The position numbers and the translations under genes were made by a program. The notes beneath the pieces were generated by a model. That model was not told the DNA's origin and searched no databases. It saw only the letters and a program-made list of their open reading frames with translations. Of a stretch of 64,000 nt of DNA, positions 36,506 through 45,032 are shown in pieces. Every line of letters starts with the position of its first letter. The stretch's first letter is position 1. The stretch comes from Phycisphaerales bacterium (GTDB taxonomy: Bacteria; Planctomycetota; Phycisphaerae; Phycisphaerales; UBA1924): contig DASPKU010000002.1 of assembly GCA_035627955.1 (NCBI GenBank), positions 22,277 to 86,276 on the forward strand, written 5' to 3'.

Positions 36506-37125
36506 TCACGCCCTCCTCGCGCATCCGGCGTAATCACCTCATGCACCCGGTTCAGCAGCGTCGCCGCCACCTGCAGCCCCCGCCCCGCCGGCGACACGAA
36601 CCGCTGCCCCAGCCGCTCGAGCGTCTGGAAGAACTCCAGCATCTCATCCAGCCGCGCGTTGTGCTCCGCCAACGCCCTCTTCTGCTCCGCGTTCAGCGCC
36701 GCCTCCGAGCCGCCCTCGGTCTTGCGGTTCTTGCCGCGCTCCAGCGGGCCGGTCATGTCGCGGATCTCGTGCATCGACGCCAGCAGCGGGTCCACCTCGC
36801 GCGTGATCCGCTCGCGCACGATGGCGCGGAACATGGCCCACACGTCCTGCTCGGCCTTGAAGTACTCCTTGCGGTCGCCCCGCTTGTGCGCCCGCTCCAC
36901 GATCCCCCAGTCCAGCAGGGCCCTCAGCGACATCGACGCATTGCCGCGTGAGATCTCCAGCCGGTCCATGATGTCATCGGTGCACAGCTCCTGCCCGCTG
37001 ATGTACAGCAGCGCATGAACCTCGGCCATCGTCCGGGAGATGCCCCAGGCGCCGGCCATCTGACCCCAGACCGCAATAAAGCGGTCCTGGGCCTCCATGA
37101 GGGCCTTGGGGGCGGGTGTCTCCAT
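36502..37125 (-). CDS. GbsR/MarR-type winged-helix transcriptional regulator
   Basis: FIAVWGQMAGAWGISRTMAEVHALLYISGQELCTDDIMDRLEISRGNASMSLRALLDWGIVERAHKRGDRKEYFKAEQDVW matches the GbsR-family pattern. Confidence 0.75.
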   Translation of the reverse strand: METPAPKALMEAQDRFIAVWGQMAGAWGISRTMAEVHALLYISGQELCTDDIMDRLEISRGNASMSLRALLDWGIVERAHKRGDRKEYFKAEQDVWAMFRAIVRERITREVDPLLASMHEIRDMTGPLERGKNRKTEGGSEAALNAEQKRALAEHNARLDEMLEFFQTLERLGQRFVSPAGRGLQVAATLLNRVHEVITPDARGGRE

Positions 37126-37164
37126 GCCTGATTGTGGGAGGGGGGCGGGCGGAAGTCCACTGAA

Positions 37165-37184
37165 CTTTCAGAAGTATTTGAAAG
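37165..37184. promoter_or_regulatory. AT-rich inverted repeat CTTTCA-N8-TGAAAG, 40-60 nt upstream of the GbsR-like gene (candidate operator/promoter)
   Basis: ctttcagaagtatttgaaag is one of the few AT-rich patches in this window. Confidence 0.3.
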
Positions 37185-37209
37185 CACCGGCAGCCCGCCC
37201 GGCACGCCG

Positions 37210-38496
37210 CTACAGGCGCTCGAACCCCGGCAGCGGCCCCACCAGCGGCAGGCAGTACTCCACGAACGCACGGCTCACGTTGTTCCGCCCGGTGAGGAAC
37301 GCGGGGGGCATGTGGCGGGTCTTGGCCGCGACCGCGCTGAGGTCCACCCGCCGGTAGGTGGACAGGTACGGCTGCCCGTTGTCCCGGCCCAGCCACCGCT
37401 CGCTCCCGCTGCCCTGCCGCACAATGGCGACGCTGCCGTCCTGGTGCCCGCCCATCGCGAGCTGCGCCGCGAACTGCCCGCACCGGCGCGCCTCCTGCTG
37501 GTCGATCGGGCTGGGATCAGGCCAGCACCGCTGCACGTACCCGAAGGTGTCCGCACGCACCCGCGGCGCCTTGCCCCCCGCGGGCGTGAGCCTCGCCTTC
37601 AGGAAGTCGGCGAGCGCATCGCCCAGGGCCCCGCTGCCCGAGAGCTGCACATTGCCGTGCGAATCGGTCTGCGCGTTCTTGATGAGCGAGGCGCCGATGG
37701 GCTGGCCCGTGGGGTCCATGATCCCTTCACTCACGGCGATGTGGCAGCGGCCTTTCTTCGCGTAGATCGCCTCCACATCCGCGGCGAACTCATCGAGGCT
37801 GAACGGCACCTCGGGGCAATAGATCAGCTGCGGCCCGTCGGTCGACTCCTCGGGCGCCACCGGGTTCAGGTCGCGGTCGTGCCGGCGGGCCAGCGCGCTC
37901 GCGGCCGTCAAGAATCCCGCGTGCCGCCCCATCACCACGTTGATCTTGATGCCCGGCAGCGAGATGTTGTCGAGAAAGTCCGCCATGCACGCCATCGCCA
38001 CAAACCGCGCCGCCGACGGGAACCCCGGCGTGTGGTCGTTCTCCATCAGGTCGTTGTCCACGGTCTTGGGCACGTGGAAGCAGCGGAGGTCATACCCCGT
38101 CCTCACCGCCATCTCGCGGACAATGCGGCACGTGTCGCTGCTGTCGTTGCCGCCGATGTAGAAGAAGTAGCGGATGTCGTTCCTCTTGCACGCCTCCAGG
38201 ACGCGCTCGCAGTATGCCGGGTCCGGCTTGTCGCGCGTGGAGCCCAGCGCCGCCGAGGGCGTCGCCGCCAGCCGATCCAGCCGGTCCTGGTGCATGTCGG
38301 TGAGGTCCGCGAACTCGCCCTTGGTGAGCCCGCGCACGCCGTGCCGCATGCCCAGAATGCGTGGCACAAACCCGGCCGCGTGCAGCCCGCCCCGGAGGCC
38401 TTCGACAACGCCGACAAGGGACTGGTTGATGACGGCGGTCGGCCCGCCGGACTGGCCAATGACAGCGTTGCCGCGGATGAGGTCGGAGGGGGGCAT
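37210..38496 (-). CDS. pfp: phosphofructokinase, probably PPi-dependent (diphosphate--fructose-6-phosphate 1-phosphotransferase)
   Basis: AVIGQSGGPTAVINQS, FFYIGGNDSSDT and HVPKTVDNDL. The Lys in PKT.DND is typical of PPi-PFKs. Confidence 0.85.
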   Translation of the reverse strand: MPPSDLIRGNAVIGQSGGPTAVINQSLVGVVEGLRGGLHAAGFVPRILGMRHGVRGLTKGEFADLTDMHQDRLDRLAATPSAALGSTRDKPDPAYCERVLEACKRNDIRYFFYIGGNDSSDTCRIVREMAVRTGYDLRCFHVPKTVDNDLMENDHTPGFPSAARFVAMACMADFLDNISLPGIKINVVMGRHAGFLTAASALARRHDRDLNPVAPEESTDGPQLIYCPEVPFSLDEFAADVEAIYAKKGRCHIAVSEGIMDPTGQPIGASLIKNAQTDSHGNVQLSGSGALGDALADFLKARLTPAGGKAPRVRADTFGYVQRCWPDPSPIDQQEARRCGQFAAQLAMGGHQDGSVAIVRQGSGSERWLGRDNGQPYLSTYRRVDLSAVAAKTRHMPPAFLTGRNNVSRAFVEYCLPLVGPLPGFERL

Positions 38497-38554
38497 AGGG
38501 GCAAGGGTACACCGGCAGAATGAGTGGGTAGCTCGCGAGGGTCACCACGGAGGA

Positions 38555-38777
38555 CGTTCGCAACGAGCCCCGAACGAAGTGAGCGGGCCGCGCCGCCCTC
38601 GTCACAGGTTACTCGGGGAACCCGTCACTGCGTTCCGGGCTCGTATCGAACGGGCACGCTGCTGTCCCGCGCGAATGTCGTTCGCAACGAGCCCCGAACG
38701 AAGTGAGCGGGCCGTGCTGCCCTCGTCGCCGATTCTCCGAAGGACCCGACACTGCGTTCCGGGCTCGTATCGAACGG
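38555..38777. repeat. 'GAGCCCCGAACGAAGTGAG' palindromic element, locus D: two complete hairpin units in tandem (period 124 bp)
   Basis: Arms at 38555-38587, 38621-38653, 38679-38711 and 38745-38777. The two forward arms are identical, and the spacers are also related. Confidence 0.9.
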
Positions 38778-38785
38778 GCAAGGCC

Positions 38786-39586
38786 TCACACCACCAGCGA
38801 CTGCCCCCCGTCGATCACCACCTCCGTGCCCGTGATGTGATCCGCCTCGTCGCTGACAAGGAACGCGACCAGCTTCGCCACCTGCTCGGGCCGGCCGGGC
38901 TGCTTGCCGGTAAGGGGGATCTCCCCCTTGGGGAACCGCACGGGATGCCCGGCCTCGTCGATGTCGCGCTTCTCGGTGTTCTCGTCAATATTCGTGTCAA
39001 TCGAGCCCGGGCACACCGCCGCGACCCGCACGTGGTGCTTCGCCAGCTCCAGCGCCAGCAGCTTGGTCATCGCGACCAGCGCCGCCTTGGTCGCCGAGTA
39101 GATCACGGTGCCCGGGTCGTTGAACGTGTGCACGCCGTTGATGCTCGAGCAGATGACCACCACCCCCTGCTGCTTCTCGCTCGCCCGCTTCTTGATTTCC
39201 GGCACCGCGGCCTTCAAGGTGATAAATGTCCCCTTGAAGTTCGTGTCCACAGTCTCGTCAAAGTCCTCGACGGTCAGCTCCTCGAGCGGGCCGGCCGCGC
39301 CATTGATGCCCGCATTGGCGAACACCACGTCAAGCCCCCCGAAGCGGTCCACCAACTCCTTCACCGCCAGCTGCATCCCCTTCTCATCGCGCACGTCCGC
39401 AATCAGCGCCATGGCCTCGCCGCCCGCGTCGGTGATCCGCTGCACGACCTGGTTCGCCTCCTCGGGTGTGCGGGTCAGGACGCCCACGCGGTGGCCGCGC
39501 TGGGCGAGGAGCTCGGCCGTTGCAGCGCCGATGCCCGAGCCGGCCCCGGTGATGAGGGCAACCTTCTTGATGGGTTGAGAGATCAT
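38786..39586 (-). CDS. short-chain dehydrogenase/reductase (SDR)
   Basis: KKVALITGAGSGIGAATA, NAGI, and YSATKAAL (catalytic YxxxK). ATG at 39584-39586 is chosen just upstream of the Rossmann motif. Confidence 0.85.
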   Translation of the reverse strand: MISQPIKKVALITGAGSGIGAATAELLAQRGHRVGVLTRTPEEANQVVQRITDAGGEAMALIADVRDEKGMQLAVKELVDRFGGLDVVFANAGINGAAGPLEELTVEDFDETVDTNFKGTFITLKAAVPEIKKRASEKQQGVVVICSSINGVHTFNDPGTVIYSATKAALVAMTKLLALELAKHHVRVAAVCPGSIDTNIDENTEKRDIDEAGHPVRFPKGEIPLTGKQPGRPEQVAKLVAFLVSDEADHITGTEVVIDGGQSLVV

Positions 39587-39634
39587 GGATGCAGGGTGCA
39601 CCCGGGGCATGAGAGGGCGTTGAAAGGGACGTGC

Positions 39635-39658
39635 CACGACCGTGCTCTGACGGTCGTG
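39635..39658 (-). terminator. hairpin cacgaccgt-gctctg-acggtcgtg downstream of the UbiA-family gene; related to 5797..5818
   Basis: Perfect 9-bp stem. The flanks (gtgcca...gtc) are shared with the copy at 5794-5820. Confidence 0.35.
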
Positions 39659-39719
39659 TCTTGTGGACAGTCGTGGGAGCGACGAAGACGTCGCCCCAGC
39701 GCCAGTCACATCGCACGCA

Positions 39720-40652
39720 TCAGAAGAACAGGTCCGCCACGCCCAGCGCCCCCAGCACGCAGCTGACGACGCCATTCAGTGTGAAGAACGCCATATTGAG
39801 CCCGGCGAGGCCGCGCCGCGCCCCGCGGTACACGATCACGTGCTCGGTCACGAGCAGGGCGAGCACGGCCACCACCCCCGCGCCCAGCAGCGGCCCAAAG
39901 CTCGCATGCGACCGCCAGGCCATGATGAGGGCGGCGCCCGCCCCCAGGTGCAGGAAGATGCTGACCGCGCGGGCCCCGGCAGATCCGAGCGCAGCCGGGA
40001 TGCTCCGCAGCCCCCGCCCCTTGTCGAAGCCCTCATCCTGCAACGCGTAGATCACATCGAACCCCGCCACCCAAGCGACCACAAACCCCGCGATCCACCA
40101 CAAACTCGGCGTCGTCCGCAGCGCCTCGGGCCACACCGCCAGCGCCGCCGCGAGAGGCGCAATCGCCAGCGACGTCCCCAGGAACACGTGGCAAAGGGCC
40201 GTGAACCGCTTGGTATAGGAGTACAGCGCGATCCACCCCAGCACCGGCACGCTGAGGGCGATGGGCCACCAGTTGTCGTACAGCAGCCTGAACCCCCCGC
40301 ACGCCGCAATGAACACCGCCGCGCATGCCAGGGCCACTCCCCACCCCTGCGCCGCCGAGAGCCGCCCCGCGGCGAACACCCGCCGCTGCGTCCGCGGGTT
40401 CTGCGCATCAAACCCGCGGTCCGCGAGCCGGTTGACCAGCATCGCCCACGTGCGGGCCGTCACCATGCACACCAGGATCAGCGCGAACTTCCCCCCGAAG
40501 CTCACCCACGACAACCCTGACGCCACCTGCGCAATGAACGCCGCCAGCACCGCAAACGGCAGCGCAAACACCGAGTGCGCCAGCTTGATGTCCGCGGCGA
40601 TCAGCCGCAGTGAAGTCCTCGGCGACGAACTTTGTGCAGCAGCAGTGCTCAC
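39720..40652 (-). CDS. UbiA-family aromatic prenyltransferase (4-hydroxybenzoate polyprenyltransferase / MqnP-like)
   Basis: About 9 TM helices, with the motif NRLADRGFDAQNPRT (NxxxDxxxD). GTG start. Confidence 0.85.
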   Translation of the reverse strand: MSTAAAQSSSPRTSLRLIAADIKLAHSVFALPFAVLAAFIAQVASGLSWVSFGGKFALILVCMVTARTWAMLVNRLADRGFDAQNPRTQRRVFAAGRLSAAQGWGVALACAAVFIAACGGFRLLYDNWWPIALSVPVLGWIALYSYTKRFTALCHVFLGTSLAIAPLAAALAVWPEALRTTPSLWWIAGFVVAWVAGFDVIYALQDEGFDKGRGLRSIPAALGSAGARAVSIFLHLGAGAALIMAWRSHASFGPLLGAGVVAVLALLVTEHVIVYRGARRGLAGLNMAFFTLNGVVSCVLGALGVADLFF

Positions 40653-40661
40653 CCATTGAGC

Positions 40662-40680
40662 ATAGGTCTAGAAGACCTAT
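40662..40680. promoter_or_regulatory. perfect 19-bp palindrome ATAGGTCT-AGA-AGACCTAT, 10 nt upstream of the UbiA-family start codon
   Basis: Read directly from the sequence. A further GGACCTAT half-site lies at 40691-40698. Confidence 0.35.
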
Positions 40681-40724
40681 CCGACCCAGAGGACCTATTG
40701 GACCACGGCCACAACACCTGCCCA

Positions 40725-40748
40725 CGCGATCGCTCGCGCGATCGGCTC
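40725..40748. repeat. inverted copy of the CGATCGC-GCxA-GCGATCG hairpin repeat
   Basis: The reverse complement gagccgatcgcgcgagcgatcgcg matches gagccgatcgcgcaagcgatcgaa (29859-) at 21 of 24 positions. Confidence 0.7.
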
Positions 40749-40803
40749 CTCCAAGACGATCATCTCCAAACACCGACGGCCCCGTGTTCCCACGAGGCCG
40801 CCC

Positions 40804-40843
40804 GGAGAGAGAGAAAGAGAGATCGCAAGCGGGCAGCGCCCGC
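40804..40843 (-). terminator. intrinsic-terminator-like hairpin with a pyrimidine/T-rich tail after the HDOD gene
   Basis: On the minus strand, GCGGGC-GCT-GCCCGC is followed by ttgcgatctctctttctctctctcc. Confidence 0.4.
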
Positions 40844-40848
40844 CCTGT

Positions 40849-41736
40849 TCACATGCCCAGCACGTTGCTCAGGTCCTTGCTCTGCGCGATCAGCGTGGCG
40901 CGGATCTCGGCCACCTTCTCCGCCGGCAGCTTGAGGAAGTCGAGCACGTCGGCATCGATGTTCGTGTTCAGCAGGTCCTGGCGGAACCCCAGCCCCGTGT
41001 CCGCGGCGAGCCGATCCGCGACGTGGATGATCGCCACGAGCGTGCGGCTCTCGGTGGGCACCTCCATGGGCTTGTGGTGGAAGCCGGTGACGATGCCGAA
41101 GCTCTTGGGGAACTTCCACTTCTCGCAAAGGGCTGCGCCGAACTCCTGGTGGTTGGCCTCGAACACCGCGTTCTCCGCCTCAATCATGTCGGTCGCGGGC
41201 ACGCCCTTGTTGTCGGCGCCCACGCGGCGGAGCACGTCGATCAGCTTGTTGCGGTCTGCCTGCATCTCCACCATCACGCCGATGTCGTGGATCAGCCCCG
41301 CGAGGAACGCCTCGTCGGCCAGCCCGATCCGCAGCGAGTTGGCCACCATCTTCGCCGCCGCGGCCGTGAGGTTCGAGTGCGTCCAGATCTCACGCGCTGA
41401 GAACGTCGGCGTGAGGTCCCCGCCGCGGAAGAGCTTCGCAAGGCTCGCCGCGATCGCGATGTTCTTCACGGCGTTCAGGCCGAGCATCACGATCGCCCGG
41501 TTGATCGAGCCGATCTGCCCCGGCAGGCCGTAGAACGACGAGTTGACGACCTTGAGGATGCGGCTGCACAGCGCCGGGTCGCCGGAGATGACCTTGTGCA
41601 GGTCCTGGGCCGTGGACTTGGGGTCTTCCACGAGCTCGACCACCTTGACGGTGATCTCGGGCAGCGTGGCGATGTGGCTGATCTCGCGTATCGCGTTGGC
41701 GACGATCTGGTCCCGCTCTTTCGTGACGGTGCTCAT
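40849..41736 (-). CDS. HDOD domain signalling protein
   Basis: LPEITVKVVELVEDPKSTAQDLHKVISGDPALCSRILKVVNSSFYGLPGQIGSINRAIVMLGLNAVKNIA. GGAGG lies 6 nt upstream of the ATG at 41734-41736. Confidence 0.8.
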   Translation of the reverse strand: MSTVTKERDQIVANAIREISHIATLPEITVKVVELVEDPKSTAQDLHKVISGDPALCSRILKVVNSSFYGLPGQIGSINRAIVMLGLNAVKNIAIAASLAKLFRGGDLTPTFSAREIWTHSNLTAAAAKMVANSLRIGLADEAFLAGLIHDIGVMVEMQADRNKLIDVLRRVGADNKGVPATDMIEAENAVFEANHQEFGAALCEKWKFPKSFGIVTGFHHKPMEVPTESRTLVAIIHVADRLAADTGLGFRQDLLNTNIDADVLDFLKLPAEKVAEIRATLIAQSKDLSNVLGM

Positions 41737-41851
41737 GCGTAGCTCCTCCCGGCGCTCAAACCGCCGGTAACAGAGCATCGGCCGGAACCTGGGGTCACTT
41801 TCGCGGACTTGCCGGGTTTGCCGTTCTCGATTGAGGTGCAGCTGTGGCGGG

Positions 41852-43048
41852 CTAGTAAGCGTTGCGTTTCCGCAGCACCCATGGCTGGTGCGGGCTCACC
41901 TCCGCCAGCACCTTCGCGATCCGCTCCCCCGCGTGCCCGTCTCCATAGGGATGAACGAGCCCTCCAAGATCGAGTTCTCGGGCCTTGCCCACCGCCGCCC
42001 GCACCTCCGCCGCCCGCTCATGCTCCACGTGCACCACGTTCCCGCACCGCTCCCGCCCGCCCTGACGCGGCCCGATGTCCACCACCGGCACCCGCAGCGC
42101 CGCCGCCTCGATCAGCCCCGCCGAGCTGTTCCCCACCAGCACGCCCTTGTGCTTCGCGAGGTGCTTGAGCAGCCCAACGAACCGCTCGCGCGGCAGGTGC
42201 TGCACGATCGGGACACCCGCGCTCTCGATCGCCCGCAGCACCCCCTCGCGCCCCGGGTCGTGGTTGGGGTGCAGCGCCAGCACCCGCTCGCCTCTAAGGC
42301 CCTCCAGCACTTCCGCAGCCGCGGCCTCCTCTACTTCGGAAGGTCTCCCAACCGGGTGCAAGAGCAACAGAACGGGGAGGCGGGCTTTCAGCCCGCGCGA
42401 TCCCTCCTCTGCCTTCTTTGCGTGCTGAAAGCCCGCCCCCCCATACAGCTCATCAACTCCGCTCTGGCTCAGCTCCTCCACCGCTGCAAGGCCATCAATC
42501 GCCGGCGACCCCACCACATGCACCCGCTCGCGCGCCTCCCCCATCCGCACGATCCGCTCCGCGCTCTGCTCGCTCGCCGCGAAGTGCACGTGCGCCAGCT
42601 TCGTGATCGCGTGCCGCATCCCTTCATCCGCGACACCCTCGGCCCGATCGCCCCCGTGGATATGAGCCACCGCGTACCCCGCCACGCTCGCCGCCGCCGC
42701 GGCCGCGAACGCCTCGATGCGGTCCCCCAGCACCAGCACCCAGTCCGGCCGCAGCTTCTCGTATGCCCGCGTAAACCGCCCCACACCGCGCCCCAGCGCC
42801 TCGGCATCCTCGGCCCGCCCCGTCTTCCCCGCGATCTGCATCGGCACGACCTCGGCAATGTTGAACGACGCCTTCACCTCGCGGAAAGTCAGCGCCGGCG
42901 AGATCAGGTGCGCCCCCGCAGCGATCACCGCCAGCTCCAGGTCCTGCCTCGCCGCGATCGCCAGCCCCACCGGCCGCAGCAGCCCGAACTCCGCCCGTGT
43001 GCCCGTTACGAGGGCGACGCGCGCCCGCCCCTTCAACGGTGGGTCCAT
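41852..43048 (-). CDS. neuC: UDP-N-acetylglucosamine 2-epimerase, hydrolysing type (NeuC/LegG-like)
   Basis: VALVTGTRAEFGLLRPV, HIHGGDRAEG..DEGMRHAITKLAHVHF, LLLHPV. An alternative TTG start at 43096 overlaps the neuB stop. Confidence 0.85.
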   Translation of the reverse strand: MDPPLKGRARVALVTGTRAEFGLLRPVGLAIAARQDLELAVIAAGAHLISPALTFREVKASFNIAEVVPMQIAGKTGRAEDAEALGRGVGRFTRAYEKLRPDWVLVLGDRIEAFAAAAAASVAGYAVAHIHGGDRAEGVADEGMRHAITKLAHVHFAASEQSAERIVRMGEARERVHVVGSPAIDGLAAVEELSQSGVDELYGGAGFQHAKKAEEGSRGLKARLPVLLLLHPVGRPSEVEEAAAAEVLEGLRGERVLALHPNHDPGREGVLRAIESAGVPIVQHLPRERFVGLLKHLAKHKGVLVGNSSAGLIEAAALRVPVVDIGPRQGGRERCGNVVHVEHERAAEVRAAVGKARELDLGGLVHPYGDGHAGERIAKVLAEVSPHQPWVLRKRNAY

Positions 43049-43092
43049 GGGCGTGGGGCGCACGCTGGGCTCGTCGGTCCAGCCGTCGCCGA

Positions 43093-44256
43093 TCAACGCT
43101 CACCCCCGCCCACAAGAGCCGCGATCCCTTCCAGGTCCTCCGCCACCAGCGGCACGTCCGCCTCGATCGGGCGCAACGCCTTCTTCCCCACGACATCATC
43201 CAGCAGGTACGCCGGCAGGCCCGTCCCCGGCCGCTTCACCGTCACATCCTCGCGCCGCAGCACCTCCCCGGCGCCGACCGCCCGCGTGCACACGACGCTC
43301 TGGCGCGACACCCGCCGCACATCCTCCTCGATGGGCAGCACGCGCTTGGTCTTCACGTACTCGCCCTGCCGCGCCGTCAGCTTCTCCGCCCCCCCGATGA
43401 ACCGCGTCAGGTCCTCGGGCGGGTGCTCCTTCTTGAGGTGCTCCTTCGCCGCGAACGCCTGGATCGCGAACTCCACGTACTCGCCCATCTCGCGCGCATC
43501 CAGCGAGGCGATGTGGTCCGGCCCCACCGCCAGCTTGCTGTACGTCATGTGCTTCTCGAGCACCTGGGCCCCCAGGGCCACCGCTACCGCGGAGGTCATC
43601 ACGTCCGGGGTGTGGTCGCTGTAGCCCACCACGCCCGGCCAGATGTCCGCGATGGCCGAAATGCCACCGAGCTCCCCCTGCCCCAGCGGGGTCGGGTAGC
43701 TGCTCACGCACTGCAGCACGCCCAGCCGCTCCCCCACGGGCCTCAGCCACGTGAGCGCCCTGGCCACCTCCTGCAGCGTCGAAGCCCCCGTGCTCACGAT
43801 GAGCGGGCGCGTCTCCTTCGCCCCACGCATGCCCGCGAGGGCCTCCAGCAGCGGCCGGTTCACGATGTCCGGCGACGCCGTCTTGAACGCGTCCCACGCC
43901 ATCTTCTTCGCGGCCTCGACATGCTCGAGGCTGAACACCGTCACGATCGCGTGCAGCCCCTTCTCGTGCGCCCGCTCGATCACCTGCTCCATCCCTGCAA
44001 GCGGCAGCTCCAGCCGCCTGAGCATCGCGACCGGGTCCTTCTCGCCCGCCGTCTTCTGGTACGCCGCGAGCTTGGACGCGCGGCTCATCAGCCGCTCGGC
44101 CTCGAACAGCTGCAGCTTCACCGCATCCACGCCCGCTCGCGCCGCCGCGTCCGTCAGCTCCAGCGCGCGCTCCACCGACCCATCATGATTCACACCAAGC
44201 TCGGCGATGACGTACGCCGGCTGGTTGGGCCCTATCTCACGCGTGCCAATCCGCAT
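43093..44256 (-). CDS. neuB: N-acetylneuraminate (nonulosonate) synthase with a C-terminal SAF domain
   Basis: YVIAELGVNHDGSVERALELTDAAARAGVDAVKLQ, FKTASPDI, LIVSTG, CVSSYPTP and GYSDHT, plus a SAF-like tail (RRVSRQSVVCTRAVGAGEVLRREDV). Confidence 0.9.
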   Translation of the reverse strand: MRIGTREIGPNQPAYVIAELGVNHDGSVERALELTDAAARAGVDAVKLQLFEAERLMSRASKLAAYQKTAGEKDPVAMLRRLELPLAGMEQVIERAHEKGLHAIVTVFSLEHVEAAKKMAWDAFKTASPDIVNRPLLEALAGMRGAKETRPLIVSTGASTLQEVARALTWLRPVGERLGVLQCVSSYPTPLGQGELGGISAIADIWPGVVGYSDHTPDVMTSAVAVALGAQVLEKHMTYSKLAVGPDHIASLDAREMGEYVEFAIQAFAAKEHLKKEHPPEDLTRFIGGAEKLTARQGEYVKTKRVLPIEEDVRRVSRQSVVCTRAVGAGEVLRREDVTVKRPGTGLPAYLLDDVVGKKALRPIEADVPLVAEDLEGIAALVGGGER

Positions 44257-44270
44257 CGAGGCAAGGGTAC

Positions 44271-44993
44271 TCACCCCGCCCGCAGCAGCGTGTCCGCCAC
44301 GATGAGATCGACGCGTGAATCGATGTCGACCACGCTCCCCTCGGGGTTCATGAGCCCGCGCCGGTCGGCCCCGAAGAACGCGTGCGGCCCCGGCGGCACC
44401 CCCGGCACCTCCAGGAACAGCGCCCGCCGGGTGACCGCGAGCACGCCGCCATCCGGGATCGCGGCCGCGGGAAGGTCCTGCCGCCGGAACACGTTGTGAT
44501 TCAGGACCTCGCCCTCCCACGGCACAACCTCGCCCTTGCCATTCAGGCGGGCCGTCCACCAGGGGTGGTGCTTGCCCACCGGCGCATAGCTCTGCACCGA
44601 ATCCGCACCGGTTGTCCGCAGCATCTCCACCGCGCGGTCGATCAGCCCCGCCGGGCGGATCGGCACATTGGCGTAGAGGATGACGACGATTCCCACCTCC
44701 GTGGCCGCGGCCTGCACCGCATGGCGCGCGGCGTCATCGACGCGTGCGTAGTCGGTCGCGAGGTCCGCCGGCCGCACCACCGCGCCCACCTCCATGCCCT
44801 TGGCAATGGCGAGGGCCTGCGGGTCGTCGCTGCTGACCAGGATGCGCGACAGGCTGGTCGCCTGCTTGGCCGCCTCGATCGTCCACTGGATGCACGGCTT
44901 GCCCGCGACGGGCGCGACGTTCTTGCCGGGAACGCCCTTGCTGCCCGAGCGGGCGAGGATGACGGCGAGCGCCTTGGTGCTTTCAGTTTTCAT
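44271..44993 (-). CDS. neuA: acylneuraminate cytidylyltransferase (CMP-nonulosonate synthetase)
   Basis: ALAVILARSGSKGVPGKNVAPVAGKPCIQWTIEAA...ILVSSDD. Confidence 0.85.
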   Translation of the reverse strand: MKTESTKALAVILARSGSKGVPGKNVAPVAGKPCIQWTIEAAKQATSLSRILVSSDDPQALAIAKGMEVGAVVRPADLATDYARVDDAARHAVQAAATEVGIVVILYANVPIRPAGLIDRAVEMLRTTGADSVQSYAPVGKHHPWWTARLNGKGEVVPWEGEVLNHNVFRRQDLPAAAIPDGGVLAVTRRALFLEVPGVPPGPHAFFGADRRGLMNPEGSVVDIDSRVDLIVADTLLRAG

Positions 44994-45032
44994 CTTGATG
45001 CCTCGATGCCCCGTGCCTTGATGCCTTCTTCG

